A stretch of 60,111 nucleotides of DNA, the filler included, from Catajapyx aquilonaris (lineage: Eukaryota), in the NCBI GenBank assembly GCA_000934665.2. It is 2 parts of 2 records of this genome, joined end to end, with 100 filler letters (N's around TTAATTAATTAA, not from the genome) between each part and the next. Parts side by side here need not be neighbours in the genome. Positions count along the whole stretch, not along the records: positions 1 to 30,011 come from JYFJ02004700.1; 1 more part is not named here. One strand, 5' to 3'. Made by a program: the position numbers and the translations under genes. Under the pieces are notes generated by a model. It saw only the letters and a list, made by a program, of their open reading frames with translations, was not told where the DNA came from and did not search any database. Shown here in pieces: positions 1-10,833 of this stretch (its first letter is position 1; the number at the start of each line of letters is the position of its first letter).

Positions 1-72
1 GGGGGGTATTGTTGGGAAGGGCCTCACAAGTGGACATAGTCTTGGGCCTCTCTTCATCTAAATCCGGCCCTG
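1..72. mobile_element. Probable right end of a hAT-type MITE, truncated by the window edge
   Basis: Ends ...AAATCCGGCCCTG (reverse complement CAGGGCCGGATTT, a common hAT-MITE terminus) and abuts the start of the repeat at 73. The partner end is not in the window. Confidence 0.3.
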
Positions 73-1080
73 GGCAGAGGTCAAATTCCGACCTCACCGA
101 TTTTCTTCAAATTCGGTGCAATGGTAGCCCACACCAACGGATGACAAACGCACCTATAGTTCCCTGCTGGAAGTGACCCTGTGACCCATATTGGAGGGGG
201 GCAAAGGTCAAATTTCGACCGCCTCACTGATTTTCTTGAAATTCGGTGCATTATGGTAGCCCACCCCAAGGGATGAAAAACGCACCTATATAGTTACCTG
301 ATCAAAATGACCTCGTGACCCAATTTTGAGGGGGGCAGAGGTCAAATCATAAAATTTCGACCTCACCGATAGGTAGGGCTGTGCGATATCCGAAATTGCA
401 TATCGACTTTCGATACTCAAAAAATATCGCATCGAAGTCGATATATCGAAAATCGAAAAACCGACATCGCAAAATATCGCAAACCGACATCGCGATATTT
501 TTCGATATTTTCGATGTCGGTTCGATGTCGGTTTGCGATATTTTTCGATATTTTTCGATGTCGGTTTTTCGATTTTAGATATATCGACTTCGATTCGATA
601 TTTTTTGAGTATCGAAAGTCGATATGCAATTTCGGATATCGCACAGCCCTACTCACCGATTTTCTTGAAATTCGGTGCATTGACATATGTCCCCCTCCAA
701 TGTGGGTCACAGGGTCATGTCGAGCAGGGAACTATAGGTGCGTTTGTCATCCCTTGGTGTGGGCTACCAATGGACCGAATTTCAAGAGAATCGGTGAGGT
801 CGAAATTTGACCTCTGCCCCCCTCCAATACGGGTCACAGGGTCATTTCGAGCAGGGAACTATAGGTGCGTTTGTCATCCCTTGGTGTGGGCTACCAATGG
901 ACCGAATTTCAAGAAAATCGGTGAGGTCGAAATTTTATGATTTGACCTCTGCCCCCTTCAAAATTGGGTCACAGGGTCATTTTGGTCAGGTGACTATAGG
1001 TGCGTTTTTCGTCCCTTGGGATGGGCTACCAATGCACCGAATTTCAAGAAAATCGGCGAGGTTGAAATTTTTTGAGTTGA
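73..1080. repeat. Fold-back element: two inverted arrays of ~127-135-bp tandem units
   Basis: Right-arm units start at GGGTCACAGGGTCA (704, 831, 966). The left arm (73-~683) carries the same units in reverse complement (GAGGTCAAAT-type marker at ~77, 205, 338). Inversion point near 683. Confidence 0.8.
370..651. mobile_element. Palindromic hAT-type MITE nested in the fold-back element
   Basis: TIR TAGGGCTGTGCGATATCCGAAATTGCATATCGACTTTCGATACTCAAAAAATATCG (from 374) matches the reverse complement ending at 651. 8-bp TSD CTCACCGA at 362-369 and 652-659. Confidence 0.85.
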
Positions 1081-1379
1081 AAAATGACCCAAGTTGGCAG
1101 GGCAAATCTCAGGACATCATATGATATCCGTCGCCATCAAAGGGTTAATAGATCCGTGACGTAATATGAGCAGCGGTAACACTGTGCAGTATAGGTTTTA
1201 GTAGTGGCCGGAGTGTCTTGCTTGCGATTGCACGTGCTGAAGTAACTTACCATCGGAATGTCCACTTTTGCTACAACGTCGAATATATGCCAGTAAATTA
1301 TTACTTTCGGATCGTGAAAGGGAATAATAACAAAGTGCCAGATAGCCTAGTGTCGTCCTGGTATGAAAATGAAACTCAG

Positions 1380-1662
1380 GATTACATTTCATTGCGTGTC
1401 GGTACGGAACTAAACCTAATATTTCATGTCTGTGAATTGGTGCCTTTAAGGACCTTACTGTTCCGCGATCCATTTGGTTTCGTACCTTTCAGTGCCTTTT
1501 CGTGCCGCGATCCATTTAATTTCGTACCTTTTCGGCTCAGCCATACTTTCGTACCTATAAGTTTCGTGCCGGTTACATTTCGGATCACGAAACACTGTGG
1601 TGATACAGAACTGTCGAAGAATCGTACCAAATAATACAATTTCATTTCGGATCACATCCCTG
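1380..1662. mobile_element. Possible truncated hAT-MITE right end
   Basis: Repeated TTTCGTACC/TTTCGGATC subterminal-like motifs ending in CACATCCCTG. No matching left end found. Confidence 0.3.
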
Positions 1663-1830
1663 CCTAACAAGGGCCCAGGGCCCGATAATGGGGTACAGTA
1701 AAATCATAATAATAATAAAATTATTGTTCTCGGAGAAGAATTTATATCAATTGTCTGCCTTTACTTTTCTTAAATATTTGGTATTTTCGGCTCCATGTCA
1801 TTTTCACCATGTGACAGCCCTTATGGCGGT

Positions 1831-1939
1831 GTGGAGAAGCACAAGTATCGCCTCCTGGCGGAGTGTTTCCTTTACATAAAGCTGCTCCATGTGAAGGAAA
1901 ATCTCCGCCAGGAGACGATACTGTGTTGTGCTTCTCCAC
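1831..1939. repeat. Small imperfect palindrome (MITE-like hairpin)
   Basis: GTGGAGAAGCACAAGTATCGCCTCCTGGCGGAG... pairs with ...CTCCGCCAGGAGACGATACTGTGTTGTGCTTCTCCAC. Confidence 0.6.
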
Positions 1940-1993
1940 TCATTTCCACCACTGTACGTCCCCCCAAGAACACATGGCATTATATGAAACATA

Positions 1994-3094
1994 CTCGCTT
2001 TGCGAGGTGGGGGGGCTACGCCCCCCCACACCCCCCCTTGGGGCTGCGCCCCAATTGGCGCGCCTTCGGCGCTATGCCCGTGTTCCGCCTAATCCATCCG
2101 GTTACAGAAATCAGTGACGTCACCGGTAGCGATGAGGAGTTTCCGAACGTGCCCTCTCTGACGTATCGTTCAAAACAGCGCTTGGGAGGACAGGTGGGAC
2201 CATCTGTGACGTATCGTTGCAACGGTTTGGTTTGAGCGGTTTGAGCTGTGGGGTTGAGTGATAAGCGGGTGGAGGGGAGTGGGTGGTCCATTGTTCTCGG
2301 GGATCCGGGGGGAGTTGGCGGTATACATTAATTTCGCGATCTCGGGTTTGCGTCTACATTTAATTTGGCGATCTCGAAAACGGCTGGGAAATTCGCGGTT
2401 TTGAGGATTTTTGGATATTGTAAATCGGGTGCAAGGAATCCAACGGCGTAAGTCCGACGTCTCTCCGACCCCGGGAAGTGCGAAATCTTTTTCATCCTAT
2501 ATCCTCGGATTGGGGCTTTATATATATTAGACTCGCTTTGCGAGCCGGTGGGGCTCCGCCCCCCCGGGCCCCCCCGTGGGGCTGCGCCCCACTTGCGCGC
2601 CTTCGGCGCGGTGCCCGTATTCCGCCTAATCCATCCGGTTACAGAAATCAGTGACGTCACCGGTAGTCTGGAGGAGAATGCGAACGTGCCCTGTGTGACG
2701 TATCGATGAAAACAGCGATAGGGTTGACAAAGTGTGACCATCTGTGACGTATCATTCTCACGGCAGGTTTGAGTAGTGTTAAGATCCCAGGGGGGTGGAA
2801 GGGTGGGGGTGGGCCATTGTTCTCCTTCTTTACGACCATCTGTCGGGAAGGTCGCAAGGCGATCCGAGGCAGTTTGCGGATACATTAATTTCGCGATCTC
2901 GGGTTTGCGTCTACATTTAATTTGGCGATCTCGAAAACGGCTGGGAATTTGGCGATTATGAGGATTTTTGGAATCGGTATATCGGCTGCTAGAAATCCAA
3001 CGGCGCAAGTCCGAGGTCTCTGCGACGCCGGGAAGTGCGAAATCTTTTTCATCCTATATCCTCCTCCTCGTTTAGGGGCTTTATATATGTTAGA
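1994..3094 (-). mobile_element. Head-to-tail dimer of a non-autonomous Helitron-like element (units 1994-2531 and 2532-3094)
   Basis: On the minus strand both units start TCTAA(C/T)ATATATAAAG and end CTCGCAAAGCGAG, with GC-rich subterminal hairpins (GCGCCGAAGGCGC). The array sits between A and T, with no TSD and no TIR. Confidence 0.7.
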
Positions 3095-4173
3095 TTAACT
3101 GGCCAACAACTACAGTAGAAAGTGTTGATGAAACAAAAACCCATGAAATTTATAACTTGTAACAATATTAAAAAATAATTTCACCCAGACACACTCGTTT
3201 TCATGCACTTAGAAATCCTCTAGTCGTTTCGAAAATAACAAAGTTTTAATTCAAATTTCACGGCTTCCATGGGCAATTTCTAGATATAATATGCCCTATA
3301 CGACATTCTATTAAGATGGGAATGAGAAGAACCTGCCCCCCTCCCCCCCCTCAGAAGTTGGTTCATTGGAAGTCGTTTTCGAAACAACTGATTCATTTGA
3401 TTCACCCTCTCACCTCTAAAATGATGGTACAGGATGTGCAATACACTTATTTGATTAAAATTGTAGCAGTCTAGTATTCTCGCTGAGTTGTAACAATATC
3501 CGCAAACCATAAGTAAAGCTTCTCACACTCTGGGACTCACAGTCAGTTGCATCTGTGAAGGTAGATAATAGATGAAAGATTTATAGGTCCTTGTCATAGC
3601 AGTTAATGCCAAAATAGCGGTTAACGACGACGACGACGACGACAACATGGTATAGCGCATACCTCAACGAGGTTTTGTACGAAACTTTAATTGTGACCTT
3701 AGTTCGCATACAATTCAATACAATTTAAACCTTTTTGCGAAGGATCTGAAGGAAAAACGGCTGTTTCGCTGCGAGTCCATGTGGATGTAATTGGTAAACC
3801 AATTTATAGCCTTGTAGCACAATCCTTGAAATGGTGTACACATGGGTGCGATCACGTTATCAGGTTTTGCAAGAAGAACTTCAGTCAAACAGTTACCAAT
3901 TGCAATGCTTAACTAAATTCCCTCTCGCCAATCCTGACAACAAAGTGGCTCATGTTAACAATATTTAAAAAGCAGTTGATTTCCTAGGATAGTCAATTCC
4001 CACTGCCAAATATGACATTAAAATGAATGGTTGAGACATCACTGAAATGGAAGGAACGCTCTCGTAGTAATACCCCGGTTGGAGTGCCAATTAAGTTACC
4101 GGTGTAAAAGTCATAGCCCAATACATGAGACAAATGGGAGGTACTTCATTATTACCACGATAAGGTAGGATAT

Positions 4174-4410
4174 GGGGAGGTGTGGTGGCCGAGATGGTAA
4201 CGTCTCGTATTGCTAAGTGAAAGGTCCCAGGTTCGATCCCAGCCTGGGAGTCACCTTTCGCCTGCGTCGGGGGGGTCTCTGACCTGCACCTTGGAGGTGT
4301 CTGGCAACCTAACCTCCTGGGGGACTGCACATGGCCCAGCGTTGGACATTGCACTTGCACAAGTGTCCCCTCACCAACAATCCCTATCCCTACCCTACAT
4401 CCCTAATTAT
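4174..4410 (+). mobile_element. tRNA-derived SINE (family also at 39622-40034 and 47463-47740)
   Basis: A box TGGCCGAGATGG and B box GGTTCGATCCC. Head and body are similar to the 39622-40034 copy. 3' boundary approximate. Confidence 0.65.
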
Positions 4411-4705
4411 TCCTTGCACAGTGATTGAAGGAAAAGTTTGATTGGGGAAAACATGCTATATTTGAGGATTTTGGTTTTTTTCACTGCCCCGAAGTCAAAA
4501 ACAAATCAATGCCAAAATGAATGCGCATTATGAGTTAGTTGTGACCTAAGGAACACGAATATGACGATGAATTTCCATAGACAAATTAATATCGTGTTGC
4601 ATAATGTATTTCATTTAATAAATTAAATACCGTATATTTGTACAGGTCATACGCTGGCACAATAAAATTATTCACACAGCTGTACTCAAAACATAATAAT
4701 TTTGC

Positions 4706-4987
4706 AGCGAGCGACAATGTGGCGTAGTGGTTAGAGCTGCAGCCTTCCACCTCCGAGGTCCCGAGTTCGATCCCCGGGTCGGCCGGAGGATACTTATGTG
4801 GATAGAGTTTCGATGGGTTCTCTCCGTGTACGCGTGGGTTTTCTCGGAGTTCTCTCGTTTCCTCCCACTATCAAAATCTATCACAGCAAAGGCATTGATT
4901 AAAGTGGGCCAATTAAAATATGATCCCCTAAAAAGCCCACTATATAGGAGGCTTATCACGGGGTATCTATTATTATTATTATTGTTA

Positions 4988-5061
<74 letters not shown>

Positions 5062-5082
5062 GCTGCTGTTATTATTATTATT
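4706..5082 (+). mobile_element. tRNA-derived SINE with V-SINE-like central domain and (TTA)n tail
   Basis: A box TGGCGTAGTGG, B box GAGTTCGATCCC, core GTTCTCTCCGTGTACGCGTGGGTTTTCTCGGAGTTCTCTCGTTTCCTCCCAC, tail ~4968-5082. TSD ATTTTGC (4699-4705, 5083-5089). Empty site ATAATTTTGCCCCACG in sister satellite copies (~11522, ~17386). Confidence 0.8.
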
Positions 5083-7056
5083 ATTTTGCCCCACGATATG
5101 ATTGATTACTGTCATTATCAAATACGGTTTGCAAAAAAAAAAAAAAAAAAAAAAAACATTTCAAGATCAGGATGACGTTTAACNGATCAGGATGACGTTT
5201 AACCGGGATACCATGCAATAAAATGTCTCGATTAGATAATCATGAAAGGGAAAGGGCGTTCTCCAAGTAATACAACGTGCGGTTTGGTTGCAATTATTGA
5301 AAAATGCATAGACCAGTAAGCTACACAAGACAAATCAAATATCCCATGGTGTGTCTACTCCTTGCCGATGTCAGTGTCAGTTTTTGTCAGGAAAAGAATA
5401 GCAGGCCTGATCGCAATCATCTCAAGAACCTCCTAAACTTTCCCTCACAACTCCTGACAATGTTGGGGCTTCTTCGTGGAACCCCAGAAGCAGAGATTCT
5501 TCCTCTTGCTTAGGGGAATGGATGACACAATCAAAAGGAAAGGAAATATATTGTCCGCAAAGCATAATCAATATATTTCTCATACCTGTTTTTCGGTTGC
5601 ACAAAGAATTATTCACAGAAATGCAGATCGTCTGACCCAATTACAGATTTTCTACATGATTCTATATGGCTACATGAGGTTTGACAATAACGGGGAATGG
5701 AAAGGACATTCTCCCACATACACGTATATGCTTTCAGGTTGGGTTGCACAATAAGTTATTCAAAAATGTCCATTGTGCCAATACACAAGACAAACGGCAA
5801 ATGATGTGTTTTCTACATGCTGATGTCACAGAAATTCATTATGAAAAGGGCCTCCATGCCAGGCCTCCAGGTTTCATGGGCATTGATCACGATATATTCA
5901 TCAACCCCCTATATTTTTCATGGCAATCCCTGACAATAAAACGGCATCTTGATGTAATCTGATGCCCAGCTATTCCTCCTCTACGGGAAACAGATGATGC
6001 TTGAGGAAATGAGGCACACTCCACAGAGAACAGTTCATTTCTCATACCTGTTGTTTTGTAGAACCTTAAATATACCGTATTACTCACGCAGCTCTATTCA
6101 GCACAGAAGTTCAAATGGCCCATGGTGGGATATCTTCCTGATTATCGTGATAAAATAACGTTTGCAAGAATTACTTTGCCTTCAATAGCAGGTTGAAATA
6201 TATTAAGCGGGAAAACTTGACATTAAAACACCTGCCTACGAAATATATGGACTCAATGGTGGTTCTCAGGACATACTACATAAGTGCTTCACTTCGTTGT
6301 ATTACACTAAACATGATTGATGACTCTTGAGGGAGGGTTAGTCGTGATTGCCATGATAGTATGTTTTGTCAGAAAAAAAATTAAGCATTGTTTATCAGCC
6401 TTCACTTTTTCACTAAAAACCGAGAATAAAATGGCTGCTGGGAGTATCCTGAATTGTAGAGGCTATTGTCCTCTGATACCACGAAGAGTTGGATAATGCA
6501 ATAAGGACTGAGTCACAGAAATATAGTCACCTATATATCCATGGCACATCGTTGGCGGTGTTGTTGATTCCCACGATAACATTACCTTTGCCAGAAAGCA
6601 ATCAACACTCATTATCAGGCTCATTTCTTGCTGACAAATATGACATCATCATGGACGGTTCAGAGATGCCTGAAATGGAAAGTACGAGTATGTTCTATAG
6701 TAGTAAAACCCCTTGAGGTTGGGATGCACACTAGATTGTTCTGAAAGTTCTAGCACTTGACAACTGACCTATGATGGAGGTTCTTCGTTATTGCCATGAT
6801 AAGGCAGGATTTGCAAGGAACGGTAGCTCTCAATATCAGGCTAACATTATTTCTCTTGCAAACCCTGCAGTAAAATGGCTACAAGAGAGAATATATATTG
6901 CCACGTCAAGCGGGCCACCTTTCCGACAAATCTTTGAGGACCTTGACCAAAATTTATTGACATGTACTTCTCATCGACCTATGCAGGAAGACAAATTATT
7001 ATACCTCTGCGTTGCGTGGTTGCGTAACTACAGGGTGCGGAATCTACCAATTTATA

Positions 7057-7775
7057 CGGATTTTTGCTTCACATGCAGTCACTTGGATTACGATAACTCC
7101 AAGAGGATAAGTACAAATCCGAAACTTGATGTGTGCGTTGGATACCTATTTTAACGCTCTATGGGATGGCCATGCTAATGATTACGAGAATCTAAAATTA
7201 AAAGTCAAAATTTGGCGCTCAAATTTTTTGATTTTGATTTTTCTCAAACTTGGACCATTTTGAGATTTTTTGAATGGCCCTTAAAATGAAGCTGGACATG
7301 TCTGGCCGATATTTCCGAAAACTCTCCGAGGACGAATTTGGTCTTTCACGCGCAAGAAGCCGAAACGCAACCCGTGTGCATGCGCTTGGACCAGCCCTCC
7401 CGCCTTTCCGGGTATATCCCTCGTTCCCGCTGTATAGTACAACCATTCATGTTCATTAGTGGCAGTGTACATCTGCAGAATAATTGTTCCGGGCATGTAT
7501 GCAGGCACAGAGCATGATAACCTGCATGAATCTTTATTTTTATCTTGAGGCCAATATGCAGTTGGGGGCTCAGTTATGAAATGTGAATGGAATAATATTG
7601 TTTAAATTTGAGCGCAAATCTTTGACGCAAAATTTTCGATTTCCATATAATCATCAGTGTGATCATCCCATAGAGCGTTAAATTAGGTATCCAACGCACA
7701 TATCAAGTTTGGGATTTGTACTTATCCTTTTGGAGTTATGGTAATCCAAGTGACAGCATGAGAAGCAAAAATCCG
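7057..7775. mobile_element. Non-autonomous TIR element with TA target duplication (Tc1/mariner-like)
   Basis: ~115-bp imperfect TIRs CGGATTTTTGCTTC...GGGATG and CATCCC...GAAGCAAAAATCCG, flanked by TA (7055-7056, 7776-7777). Confidence 0.7.
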
Positions 7776-7777
7776 TA

Positions 7778-8090
7778 CACGGGTTGCGTTTCGGCTTCTG
7801 GCGCATGAAAGACCAAATTCGTCCTCGGAGAGTTTTCGGAAATATCGGCCAGACATGTCCAGCTTCATTTTAAGGGTCATTTAAAAAATCTCAAAATGGT
7901 CCAAGTTTGAGAAAAATCAAAATCAAAATTGGAGGGCCAAATTTTGACTTTTAATTTTTGATTCTCGTAATCATTAGCATGGCCTTCTCATTGAGCGTTA
8001 AAATAGGTATCCAACGCACACATCAAGTTTGGGATTTGTACTTATCCTTTAGGAGTTATGGTAATCCAAGTGACTGCATGAGAAGCAAAC
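7778..8090 (-). mobile_element. Inverted partial second copy of the 7057-7775 element
   Basis: Reverse complement of ~7062-7377 (e.g. ACACGGGTTGCGTTTCGG vs CCGAAACGCAACCCGTGT). Confidence 0.75.
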
Positions 8091-10666
8091 GTCCCACTGC
8101 CGTCCGGCCCGTCAGCACAGGGGCCGCCCCTACGGCCGCTTCTGTCGCCCCGCCCAAAGTAACGATGACGCCATCTTTACTTTGGGCGTGATTGGCATCA
8201 CTTTGCTTGTATGGAAAGGGATAACGAGTTATGTATCTAGAGAAATATATAGCAGATATCTTCGTGCAGAACCAATAGGTCACTTCGCAACATAAACTGG
8301 CCCATGATGCGATATCTTCTTAACTGCCATGATAATATTAGATGTGCTTTGGCGAACAATCGCTTTTAATATGCTAAAAAAGTTCACTGGAAAATCTGAC
8401 AATAAAATGGCTCCTTAAGATATCTTTGAAACAGAAATGGTGGTCTCCTTCTAGTGTCGCCTGAGGTGTTGCACAATAAGTTCTTCACAAATTTATAATC
8501 AAATACACTAGACAAATGGCATCTGCTGTATATTGAATACCGATGTCAGTGTCAGTTTTCGTCAGGAAAAGAGCAGCCGATTTTGATCACAATATATTCA
8601 ACAAGCGGCTAAACTTCCCCTGACAATCCCTGACAATCCCTGACAATGTGGCATCTCTGATGAAATATGTATGATGACCAGAAATTCATATTCTTGGGTA
8701 AATGGATGATGAATTAAAAATGAGTCATTTTACCCCATTATCGTTCTTCACAAAAAATGTAGTGTCCAGTTCACAGGACAAGTAGCCCATGATGTGTTCC
8801 TGGATGCCGAAGTGAGTATCAGATCTCGTAGAGAGATCTTCAGCTTGTATTGGTCAAATTTCAACAACTAGCTGAACATCTCCTGAGGATCCCTGACAGT
8901 AATGTGGCATGTTGATGGAATCTGATGGCCAGAGATGCCCCCTCTAGGGAAATTAATGATTCATTAAATCATTAGACAATATATAGTATGCTAAACAAAG
9001 ACTCGTTCGTTTCTCGTACCCATTTGTTTGATTACCAAATAAATTTTGCAAGAAAAACTTAAGCTTTCGATATCAGGCTGCAACTTTTCAGGCACAACCT
9101 ACAATAAAATGGCTGCAGGAGATAATTGTGAAATGAAAAGGACCTCCTCTTGGAAAGAGGGAATGGCCCGTGACTGCATTTCTTCTTAATTGCCACGATA
9201 ATATTAGACTTGCAACACATACAGCATTGTACCTCTCAATATCAGACTATAATTATTTTCTCTGACAACCGCGACATTAAATTGCAGATTCATGAAATTG
9301 AAAAGTTCTGTTAATAACGCTTGATGGCATGGCTTGCTCAATAAGTTTTCTAAATATTCCAGCCCAACACAGCTGATAAATAGTCCATGGTGGGGTCTTC
9401 GTGATTTCCATGGTAATAATAGATTTGCAACAAAAACATTAGCTGTCAATATAACGCTGACATTTTTCTTGCAAACCTGACATTAAAATGGCTGGTTCCG
9501 AGATTCCTGAAATGGAAATGATGTTTTCCTAGAGATGCCCTTCAGGTTGGGTGGCACAATAGGTTTGTTATTCAAAAATGTCCTTAAGCCAATACACAAG
9601 ATTAAAAGGCCCATGGTGCGTTGTCCTGCAAGCCGGTGTCAACGTCAAATTTTATCAGAAAAAGTTCAGTATCCATTGATCAAAATTCAACAAACCCTAA
9701 ACTTTTCCTGACAACCTCTGACAATAATGTCGCATCTTGATGCCATCTGATGACTAGAGATTCCTCCTCTTGGGTGCATAGATGAAGCGTTAATGAACAA
9801 TGCTATAGTCTACCAACTCGTTCATTTCTCATACAATATTCTATGGAACAATAAAATAGTCTGAGCTCTAATAAGCACAGAAAATAAAATTACTCCTTAG
9901 CAGTAACTATCAGTGAGAAGAAAATTCCACCCCATGTATTCCGCTACTGATGATCGATGACTGTCGTGATTGCCATGATAGTATGTTTTGTCAGAAAAAA
10001 AGTTGAGCTTTGTTTATCAGGCTTAACCTTTTCTCTGACAAACCTGACTATAAATGGCTGAAGGGCGTATCCTGAACTATAGATAATATTTCCTTGATGC
10101 CACGTCGAGTTGTATAGGACAATCAGGCCTTCACAAAGATATAGTCAAATACACATTACACATGGTCCATGGTGGGTGGTCGAGGGTGATTCTCATGATA
10201 ATATTACGTTTGCCTGAAGGATTTCAGCTCTCACTATGAGGCTGAAACGAGACATCAACATGAATGGTTCAGATATTCCTGAAATGGAAAGGATGTTCCA
10301 GTAGCAATACCCTTGAGGTTGCATTGCACAATAGATTATTCTAAAAGTTCTATTCCAACACACTTGACAAATGGCCAATGATGGAAGATGCCATGATAAG
10401 GCAAGATTTACAAGAAAATTTAGATCTCAATATCAGGCTAAAATTCTCTTGCAAATCCTACAGTAAAATGGCTGCAGGAGAGAATCCTGAAATTTAATGG
10501 ATGTTTTCTTCGTAATATCGCTTCGCTTTGGGTTACACAATTAGATAAACTTATTCAAAAAATTCTCGAGAAATTTTTAGTACCGTAGTCCAATACCCAA
10601 GACAAATGGTGTCTCCTGCATTCAATGTCAATGCCAGATTTTGTTAGAAAGGGTTACCGCAGGCAT

Positions 10667-10833
10667 AGGCCCTATACCTGTAAGCAAAACCCCAGAAGGT
10701 CCCCTCAACCGGCCCTCTATATTTGCTCTGTATCCGCTGAGGCTCTGGCGTGCATCCGCAAGGAAGGAAGGTTAGGTTAGGTTATGTTGGTACATGTTAC
10801 GTGGGCCACTTAGGGTTTGGCAATATGCCTACA
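10667..10833. mobile_element. ~165-bp MITE-like insert shared by three satellite copies (also 16519-16682 and 22239-22379)
   Basis: Flanked by direct GCAGGCAT. Contains GGTTAGGTTAGGTTA and inverted ends (AGGCATA..GCAAAACCCC / GGGTTTGGCAATATGCCT). Only a single GCAGGCAT without insert at 29057-29064. Confidence 0.65.

Noticed and set aside
4174..4800. Functional tRNA genes at the A/B-box sites
   Set aside because: No closed acceptor or anticodon stems, and both continue into SINE bodies.
5165..5203. 19-bp direct repeat GATCAGGATGACGTTTAAC around a single N
   Set aside because: Exact duplication on both sides of an N, absent from sister satellite copies: a contig-overlap artefact.
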